From Fimbriimonadales bacterium (GTDB taxonomy: Bacteria; Armatimonadota; Fimbriimonadia; Fimbriimonadales; JABRVX01): a stretch of DNA of 62,142 nucleotides. The notes below the pieces were generated by a model that saw only the letters and a list, made by a program, of their open reading frames with translations, did no database searches and was not told the DNA's origin. Position 1 is the stretch's first letter, and the number at the start of each line of letters is the position of its first letter. Location of the stretch: NCBI GenBank assembly GCA_045862955.1, contig BTVI01000021.1, positions 1 through 62,142 of the forward strand, written 5' to 3'. Of the stretch, positions 38,882 to 48,874 are shown piece after piece. The position numbers and the translations under genes were made by a program.

Positions 38882-40150
38882 ATGACACCCACCACCAAGA
38901 CCGGCATGTTGGACCGGCTACTACGGGACGGCATTCCAGCCACGGTCGCGTCACTTTCGCACGAGGAGACCCTTGCCCTCACCGACGACGTGTGCGCGCA
39001 CAATTACCACCCCATCCCCCTCGTTATCACCCGAGGAGAGGGCGCCGAGGTGTGGGACAAGCAGGGCAACCGTTACTACGACATGGTGGGCTGCTACTCG
39101 GCGCTCGCGCACGGCCACCGCAACTACGCCGTGATGAAGGCCGCACTGGAGCAGATGCAGCGTGTCACCCTCACTTCGCGAGCTGTGTACACCGCCGAAA
39201 TGGCCGTGTTCCTCGCCGCGCTCTGCGAGTTCTGCGACGCCGAGATGGCAGTGCCGATGAACTCGGGTACCGAAGCCGTCGAGACCGCCATCAAGCTGGC
39301 CCGCAAGTGGGCGTACACAGTGAAGGGGATACCGCGTGGCAAGGCGGAGATCATCGCTGCCGAGGGCAACTTCCACGGGCGCAGCATCACCATCGTCAGC
39401 TTCTCTACCGAGGACCAGTATCACGAGGGCTTCGAGCCTCTCACGCCCGGCTTCGTCGTCGTTCCATTCGGAGATCCCGCGGCCATCGAGCGCGCCATCA
39501 CGCCGAACACCGCCGCGGTGCTGCTGGAGCCCATCCAGGCAGAAGGTGGCATCATCGTGCCACCTCCCGGCTACCTGGCGGAGGTCCGGCGTATCTGCAG
39601 CGAACACAACGTGCTGCTGATCTGGGACGAGGTGCAGACCGGCTTCTGCCGCACGGGTCGCCGCTTCGCCTGGCAGTGGGAGGAGGCGCGGCCCGACATG
39701 ATGGCCTTGGGCAAGGCGCTCGGTGGCGGGTTGATGCCGGTCTCCGCGGTGGTAGGTGGCCGGGAGGTGCTCGGGGTGTTCCAGCCGGGCGACCACGGGA
39801 GCACCTTCGGCGGTAACCCACTCGCGTGCGCCGTGGGTCTTGCCGCGCTCATGGAGATGGTCCGGCACCGCCTCGATGAGCGGGCGGAGGAGATGGGGGC
39901 CGTGCTTCGAGAAGGGCTGCAGCCGTTAGTCGGCGATCAGGTGAAAGAGGTTCGCGGAAAGGGACTGTTGATTGGCTTGGAGTTCCACGCCTCGGCTGGT
40001 ACGGCGCGCGACCGCATCCCGAAGCTTCTCGACCGAGGAATCTTGACCAAGGACACGCATCAGCAGACGCTGCGATTCGCCCCACCGCTCACTATCACGC
40101 GTGAGCAGCTGGACGACGCGATTCGACGAATCCGGGAGGCTCTCTCCTAG
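38882..40150 (+). CDS. rocD: Ornithine aminotransferase (class III PLP)
   Basis: AHNYHP, MNSGTEAVETAIKLARKW, FHGRS, EPIQAEGG, DEVQTG, LGKALGGG, HGSTFGGNP; start re-placed behind AAGGAG. Confidence 0.92.
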   Translation: MTPTTKTGMLDRLLRDGIPATVASLSHEETLALTDDVCAHNYHPIPLVITRGEGAEVWDKQGNRYYDMVGCYSALAHGHRNYAVMKAALEQMQRVTLTSRAVYTAEMAVFLAALCEFCDAEMAVPMNSGTEAVETAIKLARKWAYTVKGIPRGKAEIIAAEGNFHGRSITIVSFSTEDQYHEGFEPLTPGFVVVPFGDPAAIERAITPNTAAVLLEPIQAEGGIIVPPPGYLAEVRRICSEHNVLLIWDEVQTGFCRTGRRFAWQWEEARPDMMALGKALGGGLMPVSAVVGGREVLGVFQPGDHGSTFGGNPLACAVGLAALMEMVRHRLDERAEEMGAVLREGLQPLVGDQVKEVRGKGLLIGLEFHASAGTARDRIPKLLDRGILTKDTHQQTLRFAPPLTITREQLDDAIRRIREALS

Positions 40151-40154
40151 TTCG

Positions 40155-40183
40155 GGCGGGGCGGCGTGCATCGCCGCCCCGCC
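40155..40183. terminator. Bidirectional hairpin between convergent genes
   Basis: GGCGGGGCGGCG-TGCAT-CGCCGCCCCGCC. Confidence 0.65.
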
Positions 40184-40201
40184 ATCACCCGCTATGCGCG
40201 G

Positions 40202-41650
40202 TTAGCCCGGATCGCCCTCCAGGCCGAAGTTGAGCAGCACGATGTTCAGGTCCCGAAGGTCCACGACACCGGACCCGTCCAGGTCTCCTGGGTTCGGAGC
40301 ATTCATGCCGAACGAGATGAGAACCTGATTCAGGTCGAGGAGATCAACGCGATTGTCCTGGACCGCATCGCCGTTGAGCAGCTGGAAGTTCATGTTCACG
40401 GTGGTGCCGGGGGCTAGAGTGAACACCGCGTCGAGCCTCTGCCGCAGCCAGTGGCTCGGCTTCAGCGCGACGGTGAACTGGCCTTCCAGCAGGGTCGTGG
40501 CGGTGAAGTCACCGTTGTGGTCCGGAACGATGGGAAGAAGCGCGGGCTCCGTCCCGCCGATGCTCTGCAGCTCCAGCTCCATCGGCACGCCCTCCGGTCC
40601 CGGGGGATACATCTGGAGGTCCACATGCCCCGTGATGGTGCTGAAATCGAGCAGCGCTCCGTACACGTCGGGGGTAAAGGTCCTATATCTAGACCAGACG
40701 ACGACGTTCTGCGAGATATCGGGTTCCATATCGGCTGCGTTGATGTCTATCGGACTCACCCGAAACTCCTTGCCGGAAGCCAGGTCGTAGCCGTAGATCT
40801 TCGCCAGCCCCTCACGAGTGTCTTGCCACACGATAAGGTTGCCCCAGATCGCAGGCTTCTGCTGGTCGCCGGGCTGCGTGCACACCGGCAGCGGCGGAGT
40901 ATCGGGGGGGCCGAGCCTCTGGGCGTAGATGTCCCAGCCGGTGCCGAACGGTTGGAGGCTCTCGTACACCACCCAGTTGCCCGAGATGCGCGGTCGGCGG
41001 TCCTCCCACGGGGACATCGTCAGGTTCGTCTCAACCGATGTTCGAGCATCCCGGACGTAGATGTCCCAGTGATTGCCAAGCATGTCCGGGCGGTCGTCTG
41101 CCCACACGAAGTTGTGGCCGAACACGTCGGGCGACTCCTGGGAGCCTTCCGCTTCGCACAGCGGCACGTGGACTCCGGCCGGCATCAGGCAATACCAGAT
41201 GTCGGTGGACGCCACCAGCTCGGAGTCGCGCTCGTAGGCAACGTACGGACCGTAAGTTCTCGGGGCTCGTTCGCCCAGCAGGAACCCCGTGATCGGGAAG
41301 CAGTCGCCGATGGCGAGGTAGCGGCCGAAGATGTCCGGTGCCGTGAGCAGCCGGTAGTCCTCCCAGACGCACAGCGTCTGGCCGCCAGTGGTACGAACGT
41401 GCGGAAGCATCTGGTCGAGGGGGCCCTGGCAAACCGGGAACTGCACCGGCAGCCTTAGGTTCGTCCCCCAGAGGTCGAGTTGAGTGAGAGGGAAGTCTCT
41501 GTCGTCTGTCCAGACCACCGTGTAGAAGCAGATCGAAGGTTGATACTCGGCATGGGGTCCAGTGGCGACGGGGAACTCGTGCACCTGCTGCGCCAGGGCG
41601 ATGCTTGCGCACCCCAGCGCCAGCAGAACTGCGGTACTACGATCGAACAT
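40202..41650 (-). CDS. Secreted beta-propeller protein (Methanosarcina-type repeats) with C-terminal Ig-like + dockerin-like module
   Basis: Signal peptide; repeats QxxPxIxGNxxVWxDxR / WDIY; NGDAVQDNRVDLLDL..GDLDGSGVVDLRDL. Confidence 0.8.
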   Translation of the reverse strand: MFDRSTAVLLALGCASIALAQQVHEFPVATGPHAEYQPSICFYTVVWTDDRDFPLTQLDLWGTNLRLPVQFPVCQGPLDQMLPHVRTTGGQTLCVWEDYRLLTAPDIFGRYLAIGDCFPITGFLLGERAPRTYGPYVAYERDSELVASTDIWYCLMPAGVHVPLCEAEGSQESPDVFGHNFVWADDRPDMLGNHWDIYVRDARTSVETNLTMSPWEDRRPRISGNWVVYESLQPFGTGWDIYAQRLGPPDTPPLPVCTQPGDQQKPAIWGNLIVWQDTREGLAKIYGYDLASGKEFRVSPIDINAADMEPDISQNVVVWSRYRTFTPDVYGALLDFSTITGHVDLQMYPPGPEGVPMELELQSIGGTEPALLPIVPDHNGDFTATTLLEGQFTVALKPSHWLRQRLDAVFTLAPGTTVNMNFQLLNGDAVQDNRVDLLDLNQVLISFGMNAPNPGDLDGSGVVDLRDLNIVLLNFGLEGDPG

Positions 41651-41993
41651 TCCAAGCCTCCTTCTAGGTTAGCTCGGTGACCGATCAGAAGAGCCTTCAC
41701 GGGGGCGACAGCAACCGCCCCACACCCGGAATATTATACAGCGAGAATCCCCGAGCGGCCAGAAGTTTTCGGGGCAGAATCTGCGCCGGAGCAGCGGATG
41801 CACACGGACCGCGGCCTCGGGGCGGCGGTGGGGGGAAGTCGGCTTGGGGCGAGCGTCCCGCTCCGCGGCCTGCAGAGCGTGGCCTTATGACGCTCTCCCC
41901 ATCCGGGTTTTCTCAGCAACAGCATTCTATCAGAGTCTGGCGCAATGTGCAACCCGGCAGTCGTCCCAGGTATGCAGTTCGAGTAGATTTTGG

Positions 41994-43799
41994 CTATTGT
42001 TCGGGGTCTCGGGCATTCTCCGACGGCTTTTCGCGCAGCGCCAGGCCCAGCTCCTGCCACTGCTCCTCCGGGATGGGGGCAGGCGAATCCATCAGGGGGT
42101 CGTAGCCCGCAGCGATCTTGGGGAAGGCGATGACCTCGCGAATGTTCTCGTCTCCCATCAGGAACATCACCAACCGGTCGATCCCCGGCGCGATTCCGCC
42201 GTGAGGAGGCGCTCCGTACTCGAACGCCTCCAGCATGTGCCCGAAGCGGTCTTCTTGCGTGTGGGCGTCTATTCCGAGCAGGTCGAACACCTTTGCCTGG
42301 ATGTCCCGTCGGTGAATACGGATGGACCCGCTAGCCCACTCCACGCCGTTGCACACCACGTCGTAGCACTGCGCCCGGATGCGGCCGGGGTCCGTGTCGA
42401 ACAGCGGCAGGTCCTCCTCGTGGGGCATGGTGAAGGGGTGATGCGAGGAGTCCCATCGCTGCTCCTCTTCGTTCCATAGCACCAGCGGGAAGTCGGTGAT
42501 GAAGCAGAAGTACAGCTTCGAGGGATCACGTAGTCCGCACCGCGACCCGATCTCGACGCGCAGGCGCGCCAGGGCCTCGTCGGCGATCGTCTTGGCGTCG
42601 GCCACGATGCACACCAAGTCCCCGGTCTCCGCTTCGCACCGACGGAATATCTCGGAGATACGCTCTTCGCTCAAGTGTTTGGCAGCCGCGCCCTTCGCAC
42701 CCTCTTCGGTCAGAGCCAGGTGCGCCATCCCCTTTGCGCCGAACGATTTGGCGAAGTCCACCAACTCCTCGATCTCTCGGCGGCTGAGTGAGGCACCGCC
42801 GGGATAACGCACCGCGCGCACCACGCCGCCCGCATCCAGCACGCTGCGAAACACCGCGAACTCCGAGTCGGCCACGAGGTCGTCGAGCGTCTTCAGCTCC
42901 AGGCCGAAACGCAGGTCGGGCTTGTCGGTGCCGTAGCGCTCCATCGCTTCGTCGTACGTAAGGCGAGGCCATGGTGAGAGCATCTCTTTGTCGGAGAGCT
43001 GTCGCACCACCGAAGACGTCAGCTCCTCGGTGAGCGCAAGGATATCCTCCTGTTCCACGAAGGACATCTCGAGGTCGAGCTGGGTGAACTCGGGCTGCCT
43101 GTCCGCGCGTTGCGCCTCGTCGCGGAAGCAACGGGCGATCTGGAAGTAGCGCTCCACCCCACCCACCATCAGAAGCTGCTTGTACTGCTGGGGCGACTGT
43201 GGCAGCGCATAGAACTTGCCGGGCGCCAGCCGATAGGGCACCACGTAGTCCCGGGCGCCTTCGGGAGTGGCCTTTGTCATGATCGGTGTTTCGATCTCCA
43301 AGAAGCCGCGGTCCGAGAGGAAGTCCCGAATCAGCTTCACCACTTTGTGCCGCACTTCGAGCCGCTCGTACATGGTGGGGCGGCGAAGGTCTATGTAGCG
43401 GTGCTTGATCCGCAGCTCTTCGTTCACGGATTGCATCTGCCGCTCGTCCGAGACGGGGAAGGGCAGCACCTTGCAGGTATTCAGCACCTCGATCTCGCGG
43501 GCTTCGAGTTCGATGTCTCCGGTGGGCATCGCCGGGTTCTCGGCGCCGGGCTGGCGAGGATGCACGGGGCCGGAGACGGACAGCACGTACTCGCTCTTCA
43601 CGTCACGAATGCCGAGCCGCTCCACGTCGTCGGCGCGCACCACGATCTGCGTGATGCCGGTGCGGTCCCGCAGGTTGATGAACACTAGGTCGCCGTGGTC
43701 GCGGATGCGGTGCACCCAGCCGTTGAGGGTCACGTCCTGGCCGACGTGCTCCTTGCGCAGTTCCCCGCATCCGTGCGTCCTCTTCTTCCAGCGTGCCAA
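41994..43799 (-). CDS. aspS: Aspartate-tRNA ligase (likely non-discriminating)
   Basis: RTHGCG, RDHG, TPEGARDY, LPQSPQ, CFRDE, GAPPHGG; TTG start behind GGGGAGG. Confidence 0.97.
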   Translation of the reverse strand: MARWKKRTHGCGELRKEHVGQDVTLNGWVHRIRDHGDLVFINLRDRTGITQIVVRADDVERLGIRDVKSEYVLSVSGPVHPRQPGAENPAMPTGDIELEAREIEVLNTCKVLPFPVSDERQMQSVNEELRIKHRYIDLRRPTMYERLEVRHKVVKLIRDFLSDRGFLEIETPIMTKATPEGARDYVVPYRLAPGKFYALPQSPQQYKQLLMVGGVERYFQIARCFRDEAQRADRQPEFTQLDLEMSFVEQEDILALTEELTSSVVRQLSDKEMLSPWPRLTYDEAMERYGTDKPDLRFGLELKTLDDLVADSEFAVFRSVLDAGGVVRAVRYPGGASLSRREIEELVDFAKSFGAKGMAHLALTEEGAKGAAAKHLSEERISEIFRRCEAETGDLVCIVADAKTIADEALARLRVEIGSRCGLRDPSKLYFCFITDFPLVLWNEEEQRWDSSHHPFTMPHEEDLPLFDTDPGRIRAQCYDVVCNGVEWASGSIRIHRRDIQAKVFDLLGIDAHTQEDRFGHMLEAFEYGAPPHGGIAPGIDRLVMFLMGDENIREVIAFPKIAAGYDPLMDSPAPIPEEQWQELGLALREKPSENARDPEQ

Positions 43800-44064
43800 T
43801 CCGTGTGACCTCCCCAGGCAGTTCTCGGAATGTACCCTAGCGGAGCGTAGACCAACTGGGCTGTGCAACTGGGGACCCGCACTGGTCAACGTCTCCCCCA
43901 AGCCACGCCAACGACGCATGCTTATGGAGACGAGTCGGGCAGGCGGTTGCGGATCGGTGAACTTTGCTGTATCATAAGCCCGTCCTTATCGTTGACGGTC
44001 CGACTGGGGCCCCGCGGTCGCCGGGCCGGACCGGCCATCCCTACCTGGAAGGCGAATGGCAGGA

Positions 44065-45223
44065 ATGCAAGCTCGGATTGCGACCTTACTTACCCTATGG
44101 AAGGGGCGACCCTCCTCCTGACCTCCGCTAACGCCCAGCTCTACGGTCAGTGGCCGATGGGCGGGCACGACTGGCATCACACCGGACGCGTGGACAGCAT
44201 CGTAGCCCCTTCGTGTACCCCCGCCTCCCTCAAGTGGTCTCTCACGCCCCCCGACGGGGCCAAGGCGATCACGGGCGTCGTTATCGGGGACAAGGTGGGC
44301 GACTCCGGCGAGGAACTCTACGAGTACGACGTGTTCTTCGGGGCAGACGACGGCAAGCTCTACTGCTGGCGCATTGACTACGACGCCGGGTCGGGTTCCT
44401 TTGCCCCGCTCGGGTCGCCGCGGTGGGCGACCGACCTCCGCTCCAGCCCCAACGACCCCATGACGCTGGCATCTGGAACTGCGGTGCTTGCTAAGGCTCG
44501 ATATGGGCTGGAGGACATCCCCGTTCTTTATGTGTGCACGCGCGCGGGTTCGGGCGGCACGCTGGCGTTGCGACTGCAGTGCCTGCGCCTCAGCGACGGC
44601 CAGCGGATTTGGCAGTCCGTGAACCTCGCCAACGGCGCGTCGAGTGCCCTGACCCCGCCGCTGTATGCGCCGTACGGCCAGAAGTCCGGTTCGAGCTGGA
44701 GCGGCTACCGAGTGTACGTCGCGCGGGACAACGGCGGTGGCACACTTCCTGGGCACATGATGGCCTTCAGCACGCACTACGCTTCGGGCAGCGACGTGGA
44801 GCCCAGATGGGTCGCTCCCACAAGTGGCCGCATCGTCAGCCAGCCGGCATTCAACCAGTTCGGCGTTGCTGAAGCACCCGGAGCTCCGCCGACCACGTAT
44901 TGGCCTGCGATCTATGCCACCACGCTCGACGGCAAGCTGGAGCAGTGGTACGACGATCCGACCTACGGTGCGACCGGCCCTCGCTGGTCTATGATCCCCA
45001 GGCGGTTGCCTACGAGGCGCACGCCTGTGAGACGTGGCCAATCACGACGTCCGAGGACCGCGTGTACTACGGGTTCTACTTCACCTCTCGCTTCCAGACC
45101 GAGTACTGGACGCATGAGCCGAACGAGAGCGGGTTGTAAGCGGTGAGGGACAACACGCCGCCGGGTGGCGGCGCTCCTCAACCGGCGACCCGTTGGCCCA
45201 ACCTAGACCCCCCGCCACCCTGA
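44065..45223 (+). pseudogene. Decayed secreted PQQ/BamB-like beta-propeller gene
   Basis: WPMGGHDWHHTG, VFFGADDGKLYC; apparent single-base frameshifts near 44105 and 44988; in-frame TAA at 45137 inside GL*AV. Confidence 0.7.
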
Positions 45224-45274
45224 GTGCGGGCCGCTCGTGCGGCCCGCCCGATATCACCCCGAAAGGATGGCGAC

Positions 45275-45709
45275 ATGCGGCACATACTTACCCTGCTGAC
45301 AGCAGCAGTCTGGACCGCAGCCTTCGGGCAGATGGGGTTGCGTCATGAGGTTATCTTCGATGGCGTCGCCTACCTGGAAGGGCAACTGGCGGATGCTATG
45401 GTGAGCGACGACGGCATCCCGCTGTTTCGAGCTGCACGCCTGAGCGCTCCCTATCTGCACACCTACTACTACAAGACCGACCTGAATGCCTTGTACTTCT
45501 CCGTCCCAAGCGTGGGCGGCCAGGGCATCATTGGCAGAACCGGGAAGGTAGCGTTCACGGCGAGGACTGCTACCACGTACCATGTCATAGGGAACGGGAG
45601 GGACTACTTCGCGGAGGTGGAGGTTCCACGGCTTGCCTCGAACCTAAGGACCGCGCCGGGGCAGGGTCGGGGGCGGCTGCGGGGTCATGCTTCGACAAGC
45701 TCAGCATGA
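45275..45709 (+). pseudogene. Secreted-protein gene truncated by the repeat element at ~45629
   Basis: Signal peptide MRHILTLLTAAVWTAAFG behind GAAAGGA; protein-like until ...AEVEVP, then reads repeat-derived RLASNLRTAPG. Confidence 0.65.
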
Positions 45710-46251
45710 CGCCTGGCTCAGCGTGACGGTTGCGGGTGGGCTGCGGGGTCATGCTTCGACAAGCTCAGCATGACGTCTAGCTCACCATGAGGTCAGGCTC
45801 AGCATGACGTCGGGCTTACCATGACCGTTCCTCACCGACCGATCCACTTGCAGAGGGTGGGTTACCGGGAAGGAGGCACCGTACCCAGGGCATCCCAAAC
45901 CGTCATGCTGAGCTTGTCGAAGCATGACGGCACCTGCCGCGATGGCAGTATCCGAGGCCGTTAGCGTGCTGGGGGCGGGGTCATGCTTCGACAGGCTCAG
46001 CATGACGCCTAGCTCAGCATGACGGTTGCGGGTGGGCTGCAGGCGCTCTATGCCCCGGCCCGCGTCCGCCGGCTAGCGGGTGCCGACGGCTTGCCTCGAA
46101 CCTAAGGACCGCGCCGGGGCAGGGTCGGGGGCGGCAGCAGGCGCATGCTTCGACAAGCTCAGCATGACGCCTAGCTCAGCATGACGGTTGTGGGTGGGCT
46201 GCGGGGTCATGCTTCGACAGGCTCAGCATGACGTGGAGGCTCAGCATGACG
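45629..46251. repeat. Largest composite repeat cluster: half element B, six REP-A palindromes, full element B (46048-46130)
   Basis: CATGCTTCGACA(A/G)GCTCAGCATGACG at ~45685, 45748, 45901 (inverted), 45980, 46144 and 46206. Confidence 0.9.
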
Positions 46252-46408
46252 GTTGCGGGCGGCAGGGGCGGCGAGACGACGCCACGGTGCCGGGAGCGCG
46301 AAAGCCCGAAGCGGGGAGGCATGGAGGGCGTCTGATTCGGGCCTGAGGGAGCGCCTTCCGGGTACAATCCAGGCATTCCTAAGAGCTTGCGACGGGTAGG
46401 GACTTTTC

Positions 46409-48874
46409 ATGGCTGAAGCGGGACAGGGGATCGGCACGGTTCAGATCGAGGAGGAGCTGAAGCGCTCCTACCTTGACTATGCGATGTCGGTCATCATCGC
46501 CCGCGCACTGCCGGACTCGCGCGACGGCCTGAAGCCAGTCCAGCGCCGCATTCTGTACGCGATGCGCGAGCTGAACCTCACTCCCGACCGGCAGCACACC
46601 AAGAGCGCGAAGGTCACCGGAGAGGTCGCCGGCAACTATCACCCCCACGGCGGCGAGGTCATCTATCCCACCATCGCGCGGCTCGCCCAACCCTTCAACA
46701 TGCGCTACCCGTTGGTGGACGGACAGGGCAACTTCGGGAGCGTGGACGGCGACCCGCCTGCCGCCATGCGATATACCGAGGTCCGCCTGACACCATACGC
46801 CATGGAGTGCCTGGAGGACATAGACCGCGAGACGGTGGACTGGCGGCCCAACTACCTCCAGGACCGCGAGGAGCCCGTCGTGCTACCCGGCAAGTTCCCG
46901 AATCTGCTGTGCAATGGCGGCACCGGCATCGCAGTGGGAATGGCAACGAACATTCCCCCGCACAACCTGACCGAGGTGATCAACGCACTGCTCCATCGCA
47001 TCCGCAAGCCAGACTGTAGCTTGGACGAGGTCATGGAGCACCTACCGGGCCCCGACTTTCCGACAGCCGGGCTGATTCTGGGCGTGAAGGGAATCCGCCA
47101 GGCCTATGAGACGGGCCGCGGCTCCATTATCATGCAAGCCAGGCACCAGATCGAGCCCATGGAGCACGGAAAGGCTGCCATCGTCATCACCGAGCTACCC
47201 TATCAGGTGAACAAGCGGACGCTGCTGGAGACCATCGACATGCTGGTGAAGTCCAAGAAACTGGACGGGATCACCGCGCTGAACGACTACAGCAACCGCC
47301 TGGGCATGCGAGTGGTTATCGAGCTGCGCCGGGACGTCAACCCTAACACCGTTCTGAACTTCTTGCTGAAACACACGGCACTACGCTGCTCCTTCGGCGT
47401 AAACATGCTCTCGCTGGTGGACGACGTTCCACGTTGTCTGCCACTGTTGACGATTCTGGATCATACGATTGCCCATCGGCGCGATGTGATTCGTCGTCGC
47501 ACGGAGTACGAGCTGTTCCGCGCACAGGATCGCGCACACCTGTTGGAAGGGTTCCAGATTGCGATTCGCTTCCTGGACGAGATCATCGCACTCATCCGTG
47601 GGTCCGAGACGGCGGAGGCCGCGCGGCGCGAGATGGTAGTACGCTTCGGGATGAGCGTGGTGCAGGCCAACTACATCCTTAGCATTCAGCTCCGCCAGTT
47701 GGCCCGATTAGAGCAGCAGCGCATAGACGACGAGTATCGTGCACTGCTTCGCACTATCGGCTCGTTGCTCCACATCCTTTCGGACCCGGAGCGGCTCACG
47801 CAGATCATGATAGACGAGTGGACGGCGCTGCGCGATAAATACGGCGACGCGCGACGCACCAAGATCACCCCGCACGAGCCGGGCGAGGTGCGCGACGAGG
47901 ACCTGATTCCCGAAGAAGAAACGATCGTAACCATCACGCGGGACAACTACATCAAGCGCGTGCCCATCGACTCCTATCGCACCCAGCGGCGTGGGGGCAA
48001 GGGTGTTATCGCGCAGACGACCAAGGAAGAGGATTCGCTATCTCACCTATTCCAAGTAAGCACGCACCACTACATCCTGTTCTTCACGGATCGTGGGCGG
48101 GTGTATCGGCTGAAAGCGTACGAGATTCCGGAGAGCAGTCGTCAGGCGAAGGGTTCGCCCATCATCAACTATATCGCCATCGCTTCGGACGAGAAGGTGA
48201 CGGCGACTCTCAGCGTACGCGAGTTCCGGACGGACGGCTATCTGGTAATGGTCAGCCGGCGCGGCGAGATCAAGCGCACGCAGCTGTCGCAGTTCCAGAA
48301 CCTACGTGCCAACGGTCTGATAGCTTTCGACCTGGAGGAAGACGATGCGCTGGTATGGGTGCACCACACTCACGGGAATTCCGACCTGGCGCTCGTCTCA
48401 CGTAATGGGATGTGTATCCGCTTCCATGAGGAGGAAGTGCCGTCGCGCGGGCGCGCAGCCGGAGGCGTGAGGGGGATGCGGCTCGCACCCGGCGACGAAG
48501 TGGTGAGCAGCCTGATCGTAGACAATAACGCCACACTGCTAGTCGTCTCCGAGAACGGTTACGGCAAGCGTACTGCCTTCGACGAGTACCGTGGCCAGCA
48601 CCGCGGGGGCAAGGGCATCATCACTATGAAGTGCACCGAGAAGACGGGCCGCGTCGTGGGTGCCGAGTCGGTCACCGACAGGGATGTGATATTGCTGATG
48701 TCCGAGCAGGCGAAGGCTATTCGCGTGCGGGTGCGGGAGATACGCGTCATCGGGCGCAACACGCAGGGTGTTAGGGTGCACACTCTGCGGGAAGGAGATC
48801 GCTTGGCCAACCTCGCCAAGGTGATCGAAGAGCCTCAGAACGTCCAAGAGGAGCAGGGCAGCCTCAACCTGTGA
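46409..48874 (+). CDS. gyrA: DNA gyrase subunit A
   Basis: [20 protein letters not shown], GyrA-box QRRGGKG. Confidence 0.97.
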   Translation: MAEAGQGIGTVQIEEELKRSYLDYAMSVIIARALPDSRDGLKPVQRRILYAMRELNLTPDRQHTKSAKVTGEVAGNYHPHGGEVIYPTIARLAQPFNMRYPLVDGQGNFGSVDGDPPAAMRYTEVRLTPYAMECLEDIDRETVDWRPNYLQDREEPVVLPGKFPNLLCNGGTGIAVGMATNIPPHNLTEVINALLHRIRKPDCSLDEVMEHLPGPDFPTAGLILGVKGIRQAYETGRGSIIMQARHQIEPMEHGKAAIVITELPYQVNKRTLLETIDMLVKSKKLDGITALNDYSNRLGMRVVIELRRDVNPNTVLNFLLKHTALRCSFGVNMLSLVDDVPRCLPLLTILDHTIAHRRDVIRRRTEYELFRAQDRAHLLEGFQIAIRFLDEIIALIRGSETAEAARREMVVRFGMSVVQANYILSIQLRQLARLEQQRIDDEYRALLRTIGSLLHILSDPERLTQIMIDEWTALRDKYGDARRTKITPHEPGEVRDEDLIPEEETIVTITRDNYIKRVPIDSYRTQRRGGKGVIAQTTKEEDSLSHLFQVSTHHYILFFTDRGRVYRLKAYEIPESSRQAKGSPIINYIAIASDEKVTATLSVREFRTDGYLVMVSRRGEIKRTQLSQFQNLRANGLIAFDLEEDDALVWVHHTHGNSDLALVSRNGMCIRFHEEEVPSRGRAAGGVRGMRLAPGDEVVSSLIVDNNATLLVVSENGYGKRTAFDEYRGQHRGGKGIITMKCTEKTGRVVGAESVTDRDVILLMSEQAKAIRVRVREIRVIGRNTQGVRVHTLREGDRLANLAKVIEEPQNVQEEQGSLNL

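Noticed and set aside
46048..46130. Element B as a canonical integron attC site
   Set aside because: No RYYYAAC/GTTRRRY cores, no intI, and copies do not delimit tandem cassettes
45685..46251. CRISPR array built from the 28-bp palindromic repeat
   Set aside because: Spacing is irregular, orientations are mixed, the spacers are themselves repeated, and no cas genes are present; REP/BIME-like instead
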